From positions 19,778,001 to 19,842,000 of the forward strand of contig JBHGNT010000015.1 of the NCBI GenBank assembly GCA_043228905.1: a DNA stretch of 64,000 bases, in the 5' to 3' direction. The notes beneath the pieces were generated by a model that did not search any database, was not told where the DNA came from, and saw nothing but the letters and a program-made list of their open reading frames with translations. This DNA is from Azolla caroliniana (lineage: Eukaryota > Plantae > Polypodiophyta). The stretch's first letter is position 1. The number at the start of each line of letters is the position of its first letter. Positions 25,144 to 36,956 of the stretch are shown one piece after another. The position numbers and the translations under genes are program-made.

Positions 25144-26976
25144 CTAGCTAGTGTGGTGCACCTTGGCCATGCCATAAACATGGATCGGAATGCCCTCCAA
25201 GCGTGCTTTAATTTGCAACGCTAGGACTAGAGAATAGTGACGAGACTGATGGAGGTTACCCCCATGGAACCATAGGGCTTGTTGTTGAGTTGGTTTCCAC
25301 ATGTTCCGAAGCTCGCGTTCCCATGGACCAGGATCCTTGTTAGTATCTGATCCTAAGCCCCAACACTTGCCAACCTTGTCCGCCACTTCTCGAGAGATAA
25401 GCTTGGCTGCCCATTCATTCATGGAACCATACCCGGTCGCATACACAACTAGATCGGCCTCAACTTCAGTGTTGTCGCTCAACACCACACTCCTCTCTTT
25501 CATTTCCTTCAATGTTATCCCACTCTTTAGGTTGATCTCACCTTTTATCACGAGATCCGATGCACCCACATCAATGTAAAACCCCGACCCGAATCGGAGG
25601 TACTTCATAAACAACCCTGACCCATCATCCCCAAAGTCGTGCATGAACCCCACTCGCTTAAGGTCATCATAGAACTTTGCATCGATTTCGGCAGTTCTTT
25701 TGTAGCGTTCTATGGCGGATCTATGCATGATTTTATAAGGCACCGAAGCAAAAAGAAGGTCAGCATCTTCGGTAGTGTATTTCGAACCTTCATGGTACGA
25801 GGAAGGCTCGGCGATGGGCATAAGTTTAGTGCGCAACACATGGCTAGAAGACCTTTGAAGCATAGTCACTCGAGCAGCCCCACTCTCCCACAGATCAGCA
25901 CATATATCGTGTGCGGAATTATTTGATCCCACTACAACGCATTGCTTCCCATCCCATCCTTGGCCACCCATGTGCTGGCTAGAATGACATTGTATGCCTT
26001 GGAAGTTTTCGGCGCCCGGGAAAACAGGGACATTGGGGAAACCTGACATGCCAGTTGCCAGCACCAGGTGCTTAGGGTAGAGCAAAATCTCATCGCCTTC
26101 TTTGTTTACCAATACTTCCCATTTTTCCTCGATGGGGTCGAACCGGGCAGATATGCACTCCGTGGAGCCCCAATACACAAGCTCCATGATGAGCGTATAC
26201 GCTTCGAGCCAATCGCCCAGCTTGTCTTTGGGAGAGAACACTGGCCAATGGTCAGGAAAAGGGATGTAAGGCATGTGATCGTACCACACCGAGTTATGGA
26301 GGCATAAGGATCTGTATCGGTTGCGCCACGAATCGCCGGGACGCTTGTTCTTCTCGACGATGATGGTGGGGACACGCAAGCGGCGAAGCCTAGCACCGAG
26401 GGCGATTCCGGCTTGTCCGCCCCCGACAACAAGACAGTAGGGTTGGGTAGAGGGGGTGCGGCCGAGGCGCGACAAATCATCATGCCTCATGTCGAGCCAT
26501 GTCGGTTGGACCGTGCCACGGAAGGCACCGTGGACTACGCCCAGCTCGCGCCGGGGTCCGGCCAGCTCTTCGTGGCCTTTGAGTTCTAGCATGGAGGTGA
26601 GGAGGCACCAGCATTTTCCATCTCGGAGCTTGAGGTGTCCGCGGCCACGCGCGATGGGAGTCTCGAAGGTGAAGAAGGCTTGGATGAGGCCATGGGGATG
26701 GGAGGTGAGGTCTTCCACTTCACCTTGGAGCTTGCAGGAGGAGGGGGGGTGAATGTGGTCACCATGAATGAGAGTGGATTGGAGCATGTCTCGGATCTCT
26801 TGTCGGGATTCGGCCGTGTAGATGTTCCAGGTGAAGGTGAGGAGGTCCCTCCAGAAGCATTCTTCAGGGAGGAAGAGTTGGGTTGCAGCCTCCACATCTC
26901 TTTGGAGCAGGGCAGCTTCAAAGCTACTCAGCCAAGCATTCACCTCCTCTTCAGCCAAGGCTATAGCCATAGCCAT
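25144..26976 (-). CDS. Type II flavin-containing monooxygenase (bacterial-type), copy 2, intronless
   Basis: Uninterrupted ORF, first ATG 26976, same motifs as copy 1. Variants SLCLHNSVWYDH, KYLRFGSGFYID, LWFHGGNLHQSRHYS. Confidence 0.92.
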   Translation of the reverse strand: MAMAIALAEEEVNAWLSSFEAALLQRDVEAATQLFLPEECFWRDLLTFTWNIYTAESRQEIRDMLQSTLIHGDHIHPPSSCKLQGEVEDLTSHPHGLIQAFFTFETPIARGRGHLKLRDGKCWCLLTSMLELKGHEELAGPRRELGVVHGAFRGTVQPTWLDMRHDDLSRLGRTPSTQPYCLVVGGGQAGIALGARLRRLRVPTIIVEKNKRPGDSWRNRYRSLCLHNSVWYDHMPYIPFPDHWPVFSPKDKLGDWLEAYTLIMELVYWGSTECISARFDPIEEKWEVLVNKEGDEILLYPKHLVLATGMSGFPNVPVFPGAENFQGIQCHSSQHMGGQGWDGKQCVVVGSNNSAHDICADLWESGAARVTMLQRSSSHVLRTKLMPIAEPSSYHEGSKYTTEDADLLFASVPYKIMHRSAIERYKRTAEIDAKFYDDLKRVGFMHDFGDDGSGLFMKYLRFGSGFYIDVGASDLVIKGEINLKSGITLKEMKERSVVLSDNTEVEADLVVYATGYGSMNEWAAKLISREVADKVGKCWGLGSDTNKDPGPWERELRNMWKPTQQQALWFHGGNLHQSRHYSLVLALQIKARLEGIPIHVYGMAKVHHTS

Positions 26977-27699
26977 AGCCACTCCACAATCTCTCTCTCT
27001 CTCTCTCTTTCTCAGCCAAAGTGTAGATGCGCATATTTCTTACATTCCATCTTTATCTTTTTGCACACTCTCCTCTTATCTCTTTCTTCATCTTTTTTTG
27101 TTTGTTTGTATACATATAGTTTTCCCATTTCGACCACTACACTTTTGGTAGACTTTTTTCTGTGTGTAAAGTTTTCCTCTTTCGACCACTACACTTTTCA
27201 GTTGACCTTTTCAGACAAGGAAATAAAAAGTCTTGTGTCGGGGTTCGGGACATGCTAATGTTCAAGGCATGGCATTCACAAGTCCGTGTTACAAACGCTA
27301 AACCTAAGACTCAAGCAAACCCTAACCCTAACCCTAGGCCTTGAACAATAAACCGGAAGCCTCCACCACAAGTGAACACTCGATCATCTTGCCACAAATG
27401 TACCAGTTGCTCAGGATCTCCATCATCACTATTCGACGATAGTGGTAACATAAACCACTGCACACCAGCTTGCCCACATGCCTATGAATGTCGCACCTGC
27501 AAGATTCTCTTGTCGGCCCAACACTACCAGCAATAACACGACGACAAGTACAACTACCACACAAGAACGGAATGGAATATGGGATAAATCCACAAGCGGT
27601 GGGTGTTGTTCTTGAGTTCGTGGTGTTATTGACGCCTCCCCCATCCTCACCTTCCCCCTCTTCTCCCTGTACAAAAAAAGCCCTCGACACCCTAAACCC

Positions 27700-28566
27700 T
27701 ATTCCTCATCCCTTGTCCAGACTTTAAAACATCTCAACCCAATCCCTAATAGCTTTATCTTCACCTTTGATGTTGAAGCCTTATATCCCAGCATCCCTCC
27801 TAAGCTAGGGCCCAAAGCCTTACAAAAAATCATTACCCCCCATTTTTTAACTTCCAAAACTAACCTTATCTACACACTTAGTGTACTTGCGTTAGAGTAC
27901 CACACCATCTATCAACAAGTCAAAGGTACAACCATATGTAGTAAAAAATTTCGTAGTTTATGCATGCCTATTTATTAGCTCACTTAGAGAATTCCCAACC
28001 ACCACACCCTAATCTTTTTTGTAGCTCACATAGATGATGATTTCGAGGTATGGACTGGTACTAAACCCCAATTAGAAGACTCCTCCAAGTCTATAACACC
28101 TCCACTAATAATTGTATCCAACTCACCATTGCTAATTCCCCCTCTAGATTACCGTTCTTAAGAGTTATGGATCAACCTAGAAAACTCACATTTATCTTTT
28201 AATTAATACCAAAAGCCCCATAATGCCTATCGATATCTCTCATCCTCGTCAGATCAACCCCTTTCACTTAAAATGACATTTTATCACTAATGAACTAAAA
28301 CGATACCTAATTGAAGAAAGCATCCCTTTAGGGTTCCTAAAAATGAAAAGACTATTTTTTAGTAGATTAGTTAAAAGAGGATATCCCCTATCATTTATAC
28401 TAGAAAATTACAAGAATGTCATGTTTAACACTAGGAGATCACTAATATATAATAGAAAACCTAAAAATACCCTTCTACCCACCATCTTCAAACTTGGATA
28501 TACAAGGGATACCCATAGGATATGAATTCACCGTATACTAAAAAACCTTCAAGCTAACTTACTCAC
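27700..28566 (+). mobile_element. Degenerate Penelope-like retroelement RT, part left of the Gypsy insertion
   Basis: Ordered frameshifted RT motifs FTFDVEALYPSIP (~27760), IYQQVKGT, HIDDDFEVWTGT, YQKPHNAYRYL..SSDQP and ELKRY..LFFSRLVKRGYP, typical of PLE reverse transcriptase and thumb. Confidence 0.72.
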
Positions 28567-29047
28567 TGTTAAGAGTCTATTACTAATCAATAGACCAAAT
28601 CAAGTAAAAAGGAAGAAAATAGATTGGATAGAAGAACCCGTTCCACTCGACCACCCCCGAGCTATGATCTAGACATAGCCAACCTACCACCGACGTCCCA
28701 TACCGCCGGATATTAGGATGACTAATACCTTGGAAGAGATAAACACGATCGTCGAGACGAAAGCCTAGCCCGCACCACCGGTGTCTACGACAGCAGCCTT
28801 CCGACGTGATGATCTCTATGAGGGTAGCTAAGCCTCATATTTATACCTTTTCCTAGGCCCCTTGAATAGATGTGCCTTTCTAAAAGGCTCTCTATTCATT
28901 GGTTGTCTAAATCATGATAGTGCATGCACATATCATTCATTCTATCCAATCATTAGTCCCCTTTTTAATAATAGTGAACATACCCTTCACTAATGTAAAT
29001 ATTAGTGACCTACCCTCACCAACGTTATGTGTACATAACATACTCCC

Positions 29048-32000
29048 CTACTTCAAAAGATTGCACTCTTGCAATATAAAGTGAGGAAATTGTGCCTTAA
29101 GCGAATGCTCGCGTTCCCATGTGGCATCATCAATAGGTTTATCCATCCATTTGATCTTGAATAGCCGAATCTCTTTAGAACGTAAACGTTTAGTACGAGA
29201 ATCAAGAATTCGTTCAGGAACATGAGGTTTGTAAGAAAAATCCTCTAATGTTACAAGATCTTGGATTGTGATGGTGTTATCACCAGAGCCTAAAAATGGT
29301 TTTAGACGACTGACGTGAAAAACAGGATGAATACCAACGTTACGAGGTAAGGCAAGGTGATAAGCAGATGACCCAACTCGCTTAAGGATTTCAAATGGGC
29401 CACAATATCGTGGGGCTAACTTAGCGCACTTGCCCGTAGATAATGACGTAGAATCAGTCGGGACACGCAAAAAAACTTTTTGACCAATAGTAAATGCACG
29501 AGGACGTCTATCCTGATCAGCATAAAATCGAGCACGATCTTGAGCTGTCTTGACATTTTCTTTGGCAATATGCAACATTTGGTTCATGTCTTGCAAAAAA
29601 TTGCGTGTACTATCTAATGTATAACGATCGTGACATCAACTGGGGCACGTGGCTGAAAACCATACATCAACATAAAAGGACTATATCCAGTGGATGTATG
29701 TTTAGAGCTATTATAGGCAAATTCTAAGATAGGAAGGTATTGCTCCCACTTAGAAGGGGTTTTTGCTACATAAGCTCGAAGCATGTCCTCAATAATTTGA
29801 TTAACTCGTTCAGTTTGTCCATCAGACTGAGGATGATCTGCGGAACTCATGCTCAACGTAGTTTCTAGTTTCTTAAAGACCTGAGTCCAAAAGTCACTAG
29901 TAAACTTGGAATCTCGATCACTAACAATATCCATCGGTAATCCATAAAAACGAAATAACTCATCAACAAATTGATAAGCCAACTGTTGAGCGGTTACCGT
30001 GGTTTTTGTAGGAATAAATCTAGCTAATTTTGTTAGCCTGTCAACGACAACCCATATGGCATCATGACCCCTCTGTGTACGAGGTAAACTAACAATAAAA
30101 TCCATCGAGATACTTTCCCATTTATTGTTGGGAATATCTAAGGGATGTAAAAGACCAGCAGCTTTAAGTCGTTCCGACTTATTAATCTGACATTGTAAGC
30201 ATTGAGTTACGTATTTATGCACGTCAGAGCGCATCTTAGGCCAGAAAAAAGTACACGAGATGAGAACGAGTGTGTGTTGTATTCCAGGATGACCAGCAGA
30301 TGGTGCATCATGACATTCATGAAAAATTTTCTGTTTAACATTTGGTAAATCTGGAACACAGACCTTTCCACTACGGTAGAGCAAACCGTTTGTAATGTGA
30401 AAGGTCGCCTTCGAGGGTAGGGTGCTAGTATCGGCATCTAAACCAGATTCGGCTTTCGTCCAGTATTTTGAGAAATAACTGTCATCAAGGTATTTCCCTC
30501 GAAGGTGATCTAAAAGATCAGATTTTATTTCCGTGAAGCTAAGCATGTTAACTTCTTTAATGCGACTAAGAGCATCAGCAACGGTGTTCATAGAACCCTT
30601 GCGATATCGTATGGAAAAATCAAAATCTTGCATAAGGTCAGCCCAACGGCCTTTACGACCAACAAGATCGGGCTGGTCACAAAAATACTTTAATGATTGA
30701 TGGTCTGTTGTAACCACAAATTTATTTCCATAGAGATAGTGCCTCCATGTTTTAAGTGCGTGTATCACCGCAAACAACTCTTTCTCTTGAACCGAATACC
30801 GAGATTGAGCAGCATCAAGCTTCTTACTTTCAAAAGCAATAGGGTGACCACCTTGATAAAGAACTGCACCAATAGCATAATCACTAGCATCAGTTTCAAT
30901 TGAGAAAGGCTTAGAAGGGTCTGGTAATAGAAGAGTGGGAGCCTGACACACATGCTCCTTGAGTGTCTCAAATGATTTGTCAAGTTGTTCATTCCATGAA
31001 ATTGGTTTGACAGACTTACGTGGATGACCTTTTAAAAGGTCAGTTAATGGCGTAGTCAATTTGGAATAGTTACGAATTGATTTTCGTAAAAATCCAACAA
31101 ACCCTAAGAATGATCTAAGTTCACGAATATTACGAGGAATGGGCCAAAGTTTAACCTTTTCAATACGAGAAGGTTCAATTTCAACGCCATTTTCTGTAAT
31201 TAAATGACCTAGGTACACAATAGATTTTTGGAAGAAGTCACATTTTGAATGTTTTGCATAGAAAGAGTTGTCACGCAACTTTCGCAAAACAAATCGAACA
31301 TGTTGAACATGATATTGCAAGGTACGGCTATATATCAAAATATCATCCAAGAAGACGACAACAAAATCACCGAGTTGATCTCGGAAAACATCATTCATCG
31401 CTTGTTGGAATGTGGCTAGAGCATTAGTCAACCCAAACGGCATGACTAAAAACTCATAATGGCCATAGCGCGTACGAAAAGCGGTTTTAGGAATATCATC
31501 CTCGGCGATGCGAATCTGATGATAACTAGTTCGGAAGTCAATTTTCGTAAAATATCGAGCCCCGTGCAAACGATCAATCAAATCATCGGCACGAGGTAAT
31601 GGATATGCATTCTTAATTGTCATTTTATTCAAACGGCGATAATTGATACACATTCACCACGAACCTTCCTTCTTCTTGACTAATAGAACTGGCGCACCCC
31701 AAGGTGATTTACTATACCTAATGTGGCCCATACTCAAGTATTCCTTAAGTTGTTTAGCGATCTCATCCTCTTCTAATCGACTAAGTCGGTAAGGTGGAAT
31801 GCTCACAGGAGCAGCCCCAGGGATGAGTTCAATTTGATGGTCCACATTACGTTTAGGTGGTAAAGTAAGCGGTAATTCAGTAGGAAACACATCTTGAAAA
31901 TCCTCTAAAATAGAGTCGAGTAATCGTTGCTCAAAATGTGGTAATTGTGTGGCGTCAATATTAAAATAATAAAATTGAACCGCAGGATCAATTACACACG

Positions 32001-33447
32001 AATAAATTAATGAACTAGAATACTCACTTAAAGATTTAGAAGACACAAGTGAATGAGAAGGAAGTTTGGAACATTGAATAAAATGTTTACAATTATTAAG
32101 TTCAAATGTGATTGAGTGATTAACCCAATCAATGGACAAAGAAGGGTTTTTATTAAAAAACCAAGGATATCCTAAAATGACATCTGCGGATTGTAATTTC
32201 ATAACATGAAAGTCAAGCTTCTCCAAATAAGTATCTATTTGAATTGGCAGTTGACAAACAATGCCACTGATGTATTGAACGTTTCCATTTGCCATGTGAA
32301 CTTGATAGATATGATCACTTGCGTTTATGTGGAGCTCCATTTGCTGCACAAAGTGATCATTAAGAAAATTGTGAGAACTACCGGAATCAAACAAGAAATG
32401 TGCTTGTGTTCCATTGATATATCCGACTGCTCGGAGTAAATCATTAGGTCCAAGTAAATGTGAAGGAAAAGTGCATTCACATAAACTTAAGTGATTGGTA
32501 TGAACTTCAACAATATCAAAAGACTCACCTGTGTGACTCGTAGATTTGTCTTGAGGAGGGGTGTTCATTGACTTCCTCTCAAGACGACGACATGTATCCT
32601 TTGTGTGGCCCCGCTTCTTGCAATATGCACAGAAGAGGTTCGGTTTCTTTGAGTCGCGGTCAAGAGTGTCACTGGATTGCTTACGTTTCCCAATGAACTT
32701 GACATTCGGAGTTTTGGCGAACTCAGGTTTATTGTGGTCTTTCTTGGAAGTCCTATGGTATCGCAGCACAATGTTGACGGCTTCCTCGAAAGTTGTGGGG
32801 TCCTTGTCATGGACAATCCAATGATAATCCCCATTGGGAATACCATTCAAAAAACAAGCGACAAACCATTTCTCACCCGTAAGTCCCGATTTTTGGATCT
32901 GGGTCCGAGCGTGATGCACATAATCCTCGAGAGAGGTAAATGGCTTACTAGACAATGTGAGCAAGTGTTGCGCTTGTTCGGTTTGAGAAGGTGGCTACAA
33001 GAATTGTTTCTTAAAAACATCAACGAAACCTTCCCAAGTTGTGGGTAAGTTTTTTGCGGTCCTTAGGCCACGCCACCAAGCAGCAGCTCGGCCACCTAAC
33101 TCACGACCGACATAACCAATTTTTACTGCATCGGGCTTGGGATGAAGCTCAAAGTGAGACTCCCAACGACCAAGCCAAGTGCTAATGGCCTCCTCGGTTC
33201 TTTCTTTCTTATCTCCCTTGAAAGGCGTGACTACGAAGGAAGGTTCACCTTCTTTCTTGGACTCAATAGTTAATTCTTGGAATTTCTTTTCCAATGCCAT
33301 ATTGGCCTGTCTCATTTCGGCCAATTGATTCAAGGTAGTAGTGAGCAATTGCTCAATAGTGATCTCAGCTTGTGTGCGAGATGCGGATTGGGGTTGAGAG
33401 GTCTCATTTGGAGAGATCGTTCCAACTGTGTTGAAAACTTGTTCCAT
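29048..33447 (-). pseudogene. Gypsy gag-pol (gag, CCHC knuckle, protease, RT, RNase H, integrase, chromodomain), disrupted
   Basis: CAYCKKRGHTKDTC, LFDSGSSHNF, FLDDILIYS, ETDASDYAIG, HDAPSAGH..CLQC, GQTER and chromodomain KIKWMDKPIDDATWE. In-frame stops at 32995 and 31654, frameshift near 29615. Confidence 0.92.
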
Positions 33448-33909
33448 GATGCACGCTATGGGTATGCAATAAAATAAGGAGGTTCAGAAAATACACAAGC
33501 AAAATGAATGCTTGAAATTTTGATTGAAAGAACTTTATCCAAGAAAGTATCTCATGTCTTTACCCCTCTAGACATATGAGATGTGATTCGAGATCCGATA
33601 ACTATGGTAACACTATGGTGTTTTAAAAACCATGGGGGAAAACATAGCTAAGATGTATTTCTCGGATCTCTATCTTGAGTAATCATGGCGGCTCCCCGAG
33701 GCTCAACCATGGTTCTTACATCAATGAAATTTCCTAGATAGCCTTATATTAATGCCAACCCATCATGTATTATATGGTCGAGAAAGTGTATTACGTGAAA
33801 AAACAAGTGCACTCACAAGTAATATTCTAGTCTTGCGAGCAATAAGCAAACATGATGATAAAATGATAAAATAAGGCACTACTCATAAGAGTTAAGTAGT
33901 GTCGAAAAC

Positions 33910-33949
<40 letters not shown>

Positions 33950-34469
33950 CCCATGTGTTACCTACGAAAAAAACAATGTCACAAATAAATGGGAAGTGCA
34001 AGGTATGCACATATACATCCCAATATGATTGTTATAACTTGCACAATTGTGACATAAGCCACAAATTGATACAAGTGATGACGGTGTTGTGCGCAAAGAT
34101 GTAATACTCAAATCCATGAGTAAAACATCAATAAGGGAACTCATATGGTTTTACTCGTTTTCTAAGGCTTGATGATAAGAGTTAAACCTAGATGACCCGT
34201 TGAAAAAAAAATCGTTCAACAAGCCACTCCATACGAAAAAAATAGTCTACACGTAAAGGTTACATTAAAAATAAACGATGTAAATACTTTATACATGAAA
34301 AGGAAGTGGAAAAAGGAGAGTTAATTGTGGGCGGGTAAATAATAATTACTAGAAAATCATATAAGTGAAACAATACTTATGAAATTAAAATTTAATTAGA
34401 ATAATCAACAATTAGGTGTATGGAATCAAACATGCCCTAAGATACGAAACCCTAGGGTAGTTGACATGC

Positions 34470-34790
34470 ACCTCCTCAAGACCACCACATATCCCTAGAA
34501 TCGGCCAAGTAATGGCTAATTAAAGAGGAAAGTGGCATAGGTAAGTGACATATACCTCGTCAAGGCCACATCATCCCTTAGAATCGGCCAATTGATGGCT
34601 AATTAAAAAGGAAAGTGGCATATGTAAGCTACATATACCTTGTCAAGGCCACAACATCCCATAGAATCGGCCAATTGATGGCTTAATAGAGAGTAGAGTG
34701 GCATAGGTAGGCAACATACACCTCGTCAAGGCCACATCATCCCTTAGAATCGGCCAAGTGATGGCTCAATAGAGGGGAAGAGTGGTATAC
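34470..34790. repeat. ~83-bp tandem repeat x4 in the Gypsy leader
   Basis: cctcgtcaaggccacatcatcccttagaatcggccaa..gatggct..agtggcata recurs four times. Confidence 0.85.
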
Positions 34791-35697
34791 TCAACATCAT
34801 ATGCAAAACGGCCATGAGATAAGCGTGTGCGATTAGAGCAAACACGCTCGACCCAATGCACAAGAATAATTATTATCGTAAGAGTTCAAGAGAGGAGAGA
34901 GTGGGATATATATCGCAATATGCAAAAGGCCATGAGTTGAGCGTGTGCGATTAGTGCAAACACGCTCGGCCCGATGCATAATAATAAGTAAAATCGTAGC
35001 GTAGTAGGAGGTAGAAAGAAAGAGAATAAAACGTAATACCAATTTGATTCGACCATAAAGAACGCATAATAGAAAAAAAGAAGAGATCAAAAAAGAAGAA
35101 TACCGGGTTTAGAGTGTTGTTTTGATCCTGAGAAGAGCATGACGAGCCTTGTTAGATCCCCCTCGCTCACACGCAAAAACATCAAAACAACAAAAAAATT
35201 GTTAGTAAAAGCTCTGATACCACTGTTAAGAGTCTATTACTAATCAATAGACCAAATCAAGTAAAAAGGAAGAAAATAGATTGGATAGAAGAACCCGTTC
35301 CACTCGACCACCCCCGAGCTATGATCTAGACATAGCCAACCTACCACCGACGTCCCATACCGCCGGATATTAGGATGACTAATACCTTGGAAGAGATAAA
35401 CACGATCGTCGAGACGAAAGCCTAGCCCGCACCACCGGTGTCTACGACAGCAGCCTTCCGACGTGATGATCTCTATGAGGGTAGCTAAGCCTCATATTTA
35501 TACCTTTTCCTAGGCCCCTTGAATAGATGTGCCTTTCTAAAAGGCTCTCTATTCATTGGTTGTCTAAATCATGATAGTGCATGCACATATCATTCATTCT
35601 ATCCAATCATTAGTCCCCTTTTTAATAATAGTGAACATACCCTTCACTAATGTAAATATTAGTGACCTACCCTCACCAACGTTATGTGTACATAACA

Positions 35698-35970
35698 CTC
35701 AAGGACCCCAAACTATCCAAAATGCCTAGACCCTGTATATTTTGGACTAAGTCCTCCCTAAATCCTCCTATTTAATACTTATAACCCCCCTCTTTTTATA
35801 GCCCACCTTCAATTATTACTTATCACTCCAATGCCTATCACTATCCCCCTCTTCTCTCTCCCCTCACTAACTTATTATTCCATCTCTCTCCTCCCCCTCT
35901 CTCCCATGTTCTAAAGGACCTTTGCACCGATGAGCTCACTCTAGAGTGACACTAGTTTGCATAAGGTTTT
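35698..35970 (+). mobile_element. Penelope-like element 3' end (continuation after the Gypsy insertion)
   Basis: Frame rejoins across the insertion (IHRILKNLQANL|LKDPKLSKMPRPCIFWTKS). No GIY-YIG domain follows. Ends in a hammerhead-like motif. Confidence 0.6.
35919..35966 (+). ncRNA. Degenerate minimal type I hammerhead ribozyme
   Basis: Stem I CCTTTGCA / TGCA(T)AAGG, core CCGATGA (consensus CTGANGA), stem II GCTC-actcta-GAGT, GACA (consensus GAAA), palindromic stem III CTAG, then TT at the cleavage position. Confidence 0.65.
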
Positions 35971-35993
35971 TCCTTTTAGTGAAAATTTCTTAA

Positions 35994-36039
<46 letters not shown>

Positions 36040-36956
36040 AACTCTCACCTTAGTACTCCTAATCTCTTCACCTCTTTCCCTCCTCCTCTTACATCATCTA
36101 AACTTTTGTGTTAAGCCGCTCGCACTATTCAAGTCAAAATTCTAGCTAATTTTTCTTCAAACAACCTTAGTATCCACATTAGGCTCCATGACAATAGCAC
36201 GTCTTTTACAAATTGGAGGATGAGGATTAGATTAGCCACGTAACATCACTAGTTGTATAGGAAAGGAATATGTGTTACTATGATGGAATTATTCTGGCTT
36301 CATTAATGATGAAACATAATATATCGGTGCCTACTTCAATTCCCTTTGGTTTTCTCGACACAAGCTAATTCATTGACTCTCATTGTGGTCACTCAAATAG
36401 TATTGATACCATTGATGCCATCACAATTGATGATAGTTCATGCTTAACTTCATTAGATATATGGAATAAGATTTACCACAACAAGCTTCACAACTTTTGT
36501 AGGTGGAAAAAATGTAATAATAGAATTTGGTATAAGCCTCTAAATTCAATCAATGAGATGTCTCCATGACATGCATGCAAAGCTTTAATTAGTTACATAA
36601 ATCAAACTTCAACTACAAATCATGCTTACTTGGTACGAGATGTCAAGATTTACAATGTAAATACAAAATAGGACAATTTCCAATCTATAAATACATAGTA
36701 GAATAGATTGATAAGGTATAAAGTATCAATATATATGATAAAGACTAGAAGAGAAACAAATATTCATTTCTATTACAAACAATGTACAAATAACTAAGGC
36801 GAATACCCTTACTCCCTCATTAGAGAGGAAAGGTGTCCATTTAAGCATCTTATCATAAATTTTCATCAATGTATAGTCATTACATTGGTTTTTATTTGGG
36901 TTTGATTTAATAAGTCTTACAATGTCCAAACGTAATGCAACATTGCCAAATGCTTG

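Larger units (their letters stand above)
28567..35697 (-). mobile_element. Full-length Ty3/Gypsy chromovirus LTR retrotransposon
   Basis: 474-bp LTRs at 28567-29040 and 35224-35697 with TG..CA ends. PBS TGGTATCAGAGC next to the right LTR, PPT next to the left LTR, TSD CTCAC/CTCAA. Confidence 0.96.

Noticed and set aside
31654-32997. Programmed stop read-through in Gypsy gag-pol
   Set aside because: The stops fall inside gag and RT, fit C-to-T decay, and come with a frameshift.
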